A DNA stretch of 62,898 nucleotides, the filler included, from Craspedostauros australis (lineage: Eukaryota), in assembly GCA_030167865.1 (NCBI GenBank). It is 5 parts of 5 records of this genome, joined end to end, with 100 filler letters (N's around TTAATTAATTAA, not from the genome) between each part and the next. Parts side by side here need not be neighbours in the genome. Positions count along the whole stretch, not along the records: positions 26,858 to 58,653 come from JALAGF010006065.1; positions 58,754 to 61,246 come from JALAGF010006067.1; positions 61,347 to 62,898 come from JALAGF010006068.1; 2 more parts are not named here. One strand, 5' to 3'. This document shows, one piece after another, positions 55,505 through 62,898 of this stretch. The stretch's first letter is position 1. Every line of letters begins with the position of its first letter. The translations under genes and the position numbers were made by a program. The notes beneath the pieces are model-generated. The model worked only from the letters and a program-made list of their open reading frames with translations, was not told where the DNA came from and did not search any database.

Positions 55505-58500
55505 TTACTGGTCCGTACTAATATCTGTCAATATCGAACAACCATCGTTCACGACATGTCCCATGTCGCCTTTGCTGCCCATTTTACCATCCTTCGACGA
55601 CGTAACTGTTCGAGAGTCGCCCGCCTTCCCCATCGAAGCTACGTCTGAAACAGAATGGGTTGGCGCATTGCTTGGTGTTCGCTCCGAAGTCAGATCTTGG
55701 TTGATGCTCGAGTGGCCATGGTCTCCGTGTGGAAAGCCTTGGGATGTGAATTGATCTACGAGACTGTTGTCCATCTTCATCTCGCGCACGCGATTTTCAT
55801 CAATGTAGTCGCCGTACGCCTCACGGAACATCTTGCATTTGGGGATAGAGCCCCACCTCTCGTAGAAACACAATGCCTCTGTAAAATAGCTGCGCAGACG
55901 AGGATCGTCTTGGTTGCCGCTTCTCAGTATCTGCTTGCCTGCCAGCTCGCACGCGAGGCCTGCTTCGTGGAGGTGGTCTCCTTGTCGTGCTTGATTGATG
56001 GCGTCGTCGTAGCAGGATTCCACGAGGGCGGGCTTTGTACTTCCGACCTTGATTGCCTTCGATTCAGCGCAAAGAATCAAGTACCGATGGAGCGCACACT
56101 TTCCTCTGTTATCGCAGATGTATTTCAGCTGCCGCTTTCGCTGTCGTAGGATCTTCAAGTACTTGCGCTTCTTCGATTGTCGGTATCGGTGAGAGGCCAT
56201 GATACCACTGAGGATGGCGACCGATGTGAAACTGTCAAAACTGCCGTCATCAGTGCCATTGGTCATCAGTAGATGGTCCATAGTCTCCGCATGCTCAAAC
56301 TCTCCGAAGTACACTGCTATGTGGAGTCTGCACCAATATGCAAGAGTCCGATCGTATGGATCAGAGTGATCACACTTGTCGGCATCTAAAAGTGCCTCCA
56401 AGTCCAGCTGGAGGGTGCCTCGCATGTATTGGATGGTATTTGTCAGTTCAGTGACCAACGTTCTGCGCGCTTCGATTTTGTACATCTTCACATGCTCGAG
56501 GAGAAAGCGTACGGCTGGGATCACCTCTGCGAGAGGGCGCCCGCCGAAGAATGAGGAGTAGAGGCTGCCATTCTGAGAGAGTACGCTTAGCTCAACGTCA
56601 CCAACTGCCATGGCCGACTTGTACGCATGCTGGAAGTCTTGCCTCACTTGATCCATGGGCTTGAAGTATCCATCGATCATCAATGCCGCGACATAGTAGA
56701 CCCACCCCTCTGTCTTCGTGCCGCTGCCCACCCTGCGTAGGATCTCCTTTGAAAGTTCCGAAGATCTACTGGCGTTCTTAAAATCGCCCGTGTTTGCTTG
56801 GACTATGGCAAAGCCATTGAGAGCACTTGCAGAATACTCAGAGCTACCACACCGTCTCGTGATTTGGATCATGCGCAAGATGGCCAATATCCACGCTAGC
56901 ATATCTTCGACCGAGAACGCTCGGATGGTGATCTGATGTAATAGATCCATTGACATCAGTGTTTGCGAATGTGTTGTGATGGGGTTCTGGTCCAAGAACT
57001 GTTCCGTGGTCGTCTTCTTCAAGTAGGCTGTCGTCGAAAGAAGCTGCGGAACAACGTGCAACGCAAACCATCGCTTGGGATGTTCGCCACACATTTGGGC
57101 ACCTTGTTGAGCCAGCTGCAAGCCTTTTGTGTGTTCATTTTGTTTGCCAAGAGCATTGACCATCGCACCATACGTAGGCAGCTTGTCGTGAATGGATCGA
57201 GCATGATCCAGTACCTCGTTCCCCAACGAATATCCCAAGTCGAATCGATTCAGCGTGAGTTCGATGTCGCACCGAGCGCGCACCAATCGAATCATCAAGT
57301 CGTACTGATCCTGCCATGGGTCACCTCTCACCTTCCGCAATGCAGTGCTTGCGAGTTGGAGATACGTTGCAGCAGGGACCAATGCGGCGATCTGGAGCGC
57401 GTACTCGCCGACCTGAAGATTCCGTCGAGTCGCTGCAAGGTGGTCCTTGGTTGGGGTGCAGTTGAGATGATCAGCCGCGATGAAGAACACGCTGCTGTCA
57501 CTGCCTCGATCACCGGCGATGTTCGCTTCGGCGCTGCGTGTGCAAAGATCCCACAAGCACTGGCCAATCCGTAGGCGAAGCTTGGTGCGAACCTCTCCGA
57601 ACGGCACAAGATTGCGCGCAGCCTGTTGGATGCGGTCATGCGCAAAGCGATAGCTTGCACCGCCGATGGAGTTTGCGAGGAGGCCCTCCAGAACAGCCTG
57701 TTCCAACCACTCTGCAAGTGGCCTATCAGTTTTCGCCTCGTTGGTTTTGCCTGGACCGTTGTCGGTTGTACTTGTGCTACTGTGAGGCGGAGGAGTGGGA
57801 AGAATGTCACTTCCTGTGGGGTTGTTCTGCTTTTCGTAGTCCCAGACCGCCTGCAGAGTATCAAGCTCGAACGAGGATCGAATGTACGATGCCAGTATGA
57901 GGGCCTTCTGCAACGGAGCAGGCAGAGATCGCAGTTTAGATGAAATGAGTTGGATCACGTTGTTTGCTGCCGCATGACTGCTACCACCCATTGCATCGTT
58001 GCCATCACCACCGCCACTGTTGTTTTGGTCGCTCTGGTTGGAACTGAGCAGGGAAGAATCGAGCTCCCACTGGAACGTGATCCGGCTGTACGTCAAGGCC
58101 TTCGTGCGCTCCATGTCTTGCAGAAGCTGGATGGTGTGGAAGATGTTTCCCTCAGTCTGCTTATGAAACAGCTCGGCCACCTCATCCACAACGTCATCGT
58201 CCTGGTCGAACAATTGCGACACCCACTCGTGCAGCTCCTGCTTACTGAAATCTTGCAGATGGATGTCGATGTAGGGCGTCTTTGCCGGATTGGAGGGTGA
58301 TTCCGTGCATTGTTGTTGCAATTCGTTCAGGACCTGCATGAGGGGGAGATCTCCATTGAACTCCATCAGCTCGTTGGGAGAGTGCGGATTGGTGTCTTGC
58401 CGGATCGTGCCAATCCACAGAAAGTGAGGTTGATGCATGGTGGTGGACATGAGATCCATGCATTCTTGGGAAGCCCATTGCAGATCATCCAATACCATCA

Positions 58501-58653
58501 CCACAGGATGATTCTTGGAGGAGATGAGGGACAAGAATTGAGTGAATGTGTACTGGAAGCGGTTCCATGATGTCTCCGTGGATGAGATTTGTGGAGCCTG
58601 AGCCTGTTGCACCATTGAGGAAGTGACGGATGCGTCGCAACTCCCGTCTTCGC
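55505..58653 (-). CDS. STAND-class (AAA_16/COG3899-like) ATPase with a long helical TPR-like C-terminus, 5'-truncated at the gap
   Basis: Walker B PVVMVLDDLQWA, TEGNIFHTIQLL, winged-helix YRFAHDRIQQAA, and C-terminal YDDAINQA...HEAGLACELAG...ALCFYERWGS. The frame is open up to the Ns; Walker A is not in the window. Confidence 0.85.
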
Positions 58654-58697
58654 NNNNNNNNNNNNNNNNNNNNNNNNNNNNNNNNNNNNNNNNNNNN

Positions 58698-58709
58698 TTA
58701 ATTAATTAA
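58698..58709. other. Artificial contig-joining linker TTAATTAATTAA
   Basis: Same N-flanked 12-mer. Confidence 0.95.
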
Positions 58710-60201
58710 NNNNNNNNNNNNNNNNNNNNNNNNNNNNNNNNNNNNNNNNNNNNAAGACCATTGGGGTATATACCATGGAAGGTGATGAAGTATGGTAAAA
58801 CAAAACTTCAGTGATTCCCGACAATAGCACTAGTAAACGATGGTACCGATTTAGTTTTCACGTAGGCCGTGGTAGGACAAACGCGTTCAAAAATTNNNNN
58901 NNNNNNNNNNNNNNNNNNNNNNNNNNNNNNNNNNNNNNNNNNNNNNNNNNNNNNNNNNNNNNNNNNNNNNNNNNNNATGAAGGGATAGAGTGTGCATATG
59001 GAGGGAAGGCAGTGTGTGCTGCTTGAGACATGGACGAAGCTCAACGTCCCAGGGCATCAACGGGAGCAGAACCGAGAACAAGGCAGTGTGAAAGTCAAGG
59101 CGGGGGTGAAGATCTGGATTACCCACCAACCCACAACTCTGGATTTCGACCACTGATCCACAGCCCAGATGAAGAATCATCATCACCATGCCTACTGCTA
59201 CCGCGCAATCCTCAACATCTCTTCGCACCCAACCGCCTTGTCCATGCGAAATGTGAGTCTGTCAATCAAGGGCACGACTGGACAGCAAGCTGAAGCACGA
59301 CTGGTGATTCCCAACACAATTTGCCCTTCTGCGTCCGCATGCCTTTCGTTTCTAGTCGTAGATAAATGCGAAAAATATAAACTTTTTAACTATAAGGTCC
59401 AGGCGTCTAATATTTCACACATAAACCCTCCACAACATAATAGGATGATATCGGTCCTTGAATTAAAAATCGGCAAGAATGTACTATCGTATCCTGAATG
59501 GGGTCTTATGGCTGAAGTGGAGTGGTTGGAGGCACAGGTTGCACTCAAGCCGCAACACCACTCAAACCAATGGAAACACTCAACGACTATTTCGAATCAT
59601 CTTTGTGTCACGATCAATGATCTCTCGCGTTCGTTGATCTTCTTTGATGGTTTCACTCATAGTCGAATCAGTCGAAGATTCGGGNNNNNNNNNNNNNNNN
59701 NNNNNNNNNNNNNNNNNNNNNNNNNNNNNNNNNNTCAATGATCTCTCGCGTTCGTTGATCTTCTTTGATGGTTTCACTCATAGTCGAATCAGTCGAAGAT
59801 TCGGGTTTTCCAAGACCCGCAAAAGAGAACTCTGTTGTGGTGGGAACGTGTTTCCTTCTTTCTTGTTGTCTGTGTGCATTTCTGTGATGGATGAGAACAG
59901 AAGGATCCAAACCGCACAAACCAGAGGGTGTGATCAAGAGAAGGAGACAAACACAGACAACAACACACACCACTCAACCACACACTCGAACACACCAACA
60001 ACAGACATCGAATTGCCACTCACATTCATCACACAGTGCATGGTGCTCATACTCAGACAAGCCATTGAAGACACCACGATCGATATCTCTGCCATAGGAA
60101 GCTCAGACTACACATTTCCTCGACAGCCAATCCAACACCAATCGTTCAGCGTCCATCGTTCAACATCCAACGTCCAGGCAACCATCCACAATCCTCTCAA
60201 A

Positions 60202-61246
60202 ATGCCGAATGTTTCGAGCCAAGAACTCATTGGTGCTGCCATAGTAGGTGACTTGTCGGTGTTGAAGAAATGGAAGAAGCAGAACAAGACGCATAATGAA
60301 GAAGTTGATGTCACCAAGGTTAAAGACTTCATGGGTCCCACTCCCCTTCATTGGACATGCCACAACGGCCACCTGGAGTGTATGAAATACCTCATCGAAT
60401 CATGTGGGGCGGACGTCAACTGCAAAGACAACTTTGGTTCCACTCCTCTTCATTGGGCATGCTCCAACGGCCGCCTGGAGTGTGTCAAGTACCTCATCAA
60501 ATCATGTGAGGCAAACATCAACTGCAAAGCCTACAATGGTCGCACTCCCCTTCATTGGGCATGCAGCAACGGCCAGCCGGAGTGTGCCAAGTACCTCATC
60601 GAATCATGTGAGGCGAACATCAACTGCCAATGCAACCAAGGTGAAACTCCCCTTCCTTGGGCATGCCGCAACGGCCACCTGGAGTGTATGGAGTCTCTCA
60701 TTAGAGGACTTTCGCCTTCAGCTCACCCACAACTGCAACAACTACAGCAACGCTTACAACAAAACGAACAAGCAAATGAACAACCACAAGAACAGTTGAG
60801 ACAGCAGTTGAAGCGGAAGAAGGAAGAGAATGAACACAAACACAGCAGCCACAAGAGGACCAACATCAGCATTGGAGAAGACCGACTCAAATCCTTCTAA
60901 ACCGAGAACAGGACAGACACCATCTTCTTGTGTGAACAGGGCGACCAACAACAACCAATCAAGACAAACGCCGAAGTCCTCATGATCACCGTCCCATCCA
61001 TTCAGACACTGATTGACAAAGGAATCCAACATCAGAATGCGAATGATGGCACCCAAGACGGCACGGCCCCCATGGAAGTAACCATCCCTCTTCCCAACCT
61101 TCAACCAAAACACATCCGATACATCCTCCAATGCATCTACACAGGTGAGATATCCTTTGATGACAGCGTTCGTGACAACGCTGCTGCTCACGTCGGAGCT
61201 TACGCCGACGCTCACCACGACGCAGGTGCCTCTCACCAGTCAACTT
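60202..61246 (+). pseudogene. Second ANK-BTB paralogue with an in-frame TAA at 60898-60900 just before the BTB domain; 3' end lost in the gap
   Basis: MPNVSSQELIGAAIVGDLSVLKKWKKQN aligns with the N-terminus of the 52273 protein. After the stop the same frame continues TENRTDTIFLCEQGDQQQPIKTNAEVLMITVPSIQTLID, matching the paralogue. Confidence 0.8.
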
Positions 61247-61290
61247 NNNNNNNNNNNNNNNNNNNNNNNNNNNNNNNNNNNNNNNNNNNN

Positions 61291-61302
61291 TTAATTAATT
61301 AA
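61291..61302. other. Artificial contig-joining linker TTAATTAATTAA
   Basis: Same N-flanked 12-mer. Confidence 0.95.
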
Positions 61303-61345
61303 NNNNNNNNNNNNNNNNNNNNNNNNNNNNNNNNNNNNNNNNNNN

Positions 61346-62898
61346 NCACATTGGGCCAGGTATGCGAGTTGGTTGACTTCTGTTGCCGTCAGGTTGCAGG
61401 CAAAGGAGATGGATGTCGTGTCCCATGGGAGGTTCGTGTTGCACCCTGGTGGGTTCTGCCTCGGGTTCCCTGGGTGGTTTGTTAGGGTGGGTACCCTTTG
61501 CGGTGGCGCGGTGTTCACGCCTGTCATGACTGGATCCGCTGCGATGGTCTGGATTATGGATCTGATCGTTCCATGGACGATGTTCTTCCATGGGATNNNN
61601 NNNNNNNNNNNNNNNNNNNNNNNNNNNNNNNNNNNNNNNNNNNNNNNNNNNNNNNNNNNNNNNNNNNNNNNNNNNNNNNNNNNNNNNNNNNNNNNNNNNN
61701 NNNNNNNNNNNNNNNNNNNNNNNNAAGACCCTGGGTCAGAGTCTCCCCTGTCTGGCGTATCGCGGTTCGTTCGCGGTTTGTCCTTCTCGGTGTCACGCGT
61801 CGTGGGTGCCTTCGCTGTCCGTTTGGTCAGCGTTTGGGATCGGGTGACGGGTCCTGTGTTCCGTGCCTCCCCTGAATTGGGGATCCCGGTGGGTCGCGTC
61901 GGTTTGTTGGTCTTGTTCTCCCATGCCCGTGGGNNNNNNNNNNNNNNNNNNNNNNNNNNNNNNNNNNNNNNNNNNNNNNNNNNTTGGTCCTCTTATTCCC
62001 TCCCCTTTCTTCGGGGCCGTCATCCATGCGTTGGTATGATGGTGGTCCCGACGAACACGGAAGGTACAAAGACCCTGGGTCAGAGTCTCCCCTGTCTGGC
62101 GTATCGCGGTTCGTTCGCGGTTTGTCCTTCTCGGTGTCACGCGTCGTGGGTGCCTTCGCTGTCCGTTTGGTCAGCGTTTGGGATCGGGTGACGGGTCCTG
62201 TGTTCCGTGCCTCCCCTGAATTGGGGATCCCGGTGGGTCGCGTCGGTTTGTTGGTCTTGTTCTCCCATGCCCGTGGGTGCGTCGTCTTGGCCGTCGCTGC
62301 ATACCCTCTTTTCGGTGGGGTCTTGGTCTTCCATCCTTGTGGGGTACCAGACAGTTCCAGCGGGGTCCGTGTGCTGGGGTTATCGGTTTCGGGGTCCATG
62401 TCTTGGTCGAAGGTGACACGCCTGTTGTTGTTTATACCCTTCCTGAAGGGGCGGACCACGCTTCGTACCAGTACACGTCGNNNNNNNNNNNNNNNNNNNN
62501 NNNNNNNNNNNNNNNNNNNNNNNNNNNNNNNNNNNNNNNNNNNNNNNNNNNNNNNNNNNNNNNNNNNNNNNNNNNNNNNNNNNNNNNNNNNNNNNNNNNN
62601 NNNNNNNNNNNNNNNNNNNNNNNNNNNNNNNNNNNNNNNNNNNNNNNNNNNNNNNNNNNNNNNNNNNNNNNNNNNNNNNCGTAGGGACGGGTCTGATGTG
62701 TGGTTGTGCACGTAGCACATGTATCGGAAAGCGTGGAACCATGCTTTTGGTGGTGCCCCTGTCCGATCAATGAGTGTCATGACACATCGCTTCATGTACA
62801 GGATGGTGTTGTGCTCGGCCGGGTTCTGTTGCTGGTTGTGTGGTTCTGTCAGCCTTGATTTGATGTGGAGGTCCCTAAGAAGCTTGAGGACCTTCTCT
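61346..62898 (-). mobile_element. Ty1/copia (CoDi-like) LTR retrotransposon pol fragment: integrase core end and downstream linker
   Basis: The minus strand reads EKVLKLLRDLHIKSRLTEPHNQQQNPAEHNTILYMKRCVMTLIDRTGAPPKAWFHAFRYMCYVHNHT and RRVLVRSVVRP, which resembles diatom copia integrases. Gapped, with 61725-61933 duplicated at 62069-62277. Confidence 0.85.

Noticed and set aside
58780..58860. C/D-box snoRNA (GTGATGA box C-like)
   Set aside because: No properly placed CTGA box D or terminal stem was found.
59644..60201. N-terminal extension of the 418-aa ORF
   Set aside because: It crosses an N gap and a duplicated flank; homology to the paralogue starts at ATG 60202.
1..62898. tRNA, rRNA or snRNA genes
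   Set aside because: No cloverleaf or conserved RNA signature recognised by eye; a tRNAscan-SE/Infernal run is needed to exclude them.

Overview
Eukaryotic nuclear DNA, most likely from a diatom (stramenopile alga). Support: GT-AG introns, an ASAFAP-type bipartite plastid presequence, a CoDi-like copia integrase, and diatom-expanded families (HSF, divergent cyclin, CRAL-TRIO-like+DUF6824, 7TM GPCR-like, COG3899-like STAND ATPase). It is a draft pseudomolecule: four N-flanked TTAATTAATTAA linkers split it into at least five pieces whose adjacency is unproven, and several gaps have duplicated flanks. About 17 protein-coding loci are supported. Core genes are DPM3, mitochondrial uS5 and a PUS1/TruA. 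Others include a Patched/NPC1-like fragment, a fungal-type AAA+ ATPase with WH2-like N-terminal motifs, two tandem Golgi-type sulfotransferases with mosaic identity, a large ankyrin protein, two ANK-BTB paralogues (one with a nonsense codon), a truncated STAND ATPase and a copia fragment. No rRNA, tRNA or CRISPR array was recognised. Best leads are the ANK-BTB + STAND pair (possible immune-like locus), the sulfotransferase duplication with a 20-bp array inside 18-bp inverted repeats, the WH2-like AAA+ ATPase, and a 3 x 327-bp Q/P/G repeat on the DUF6824 protein. All family assignments are from motif recognition by eye, not database searches.
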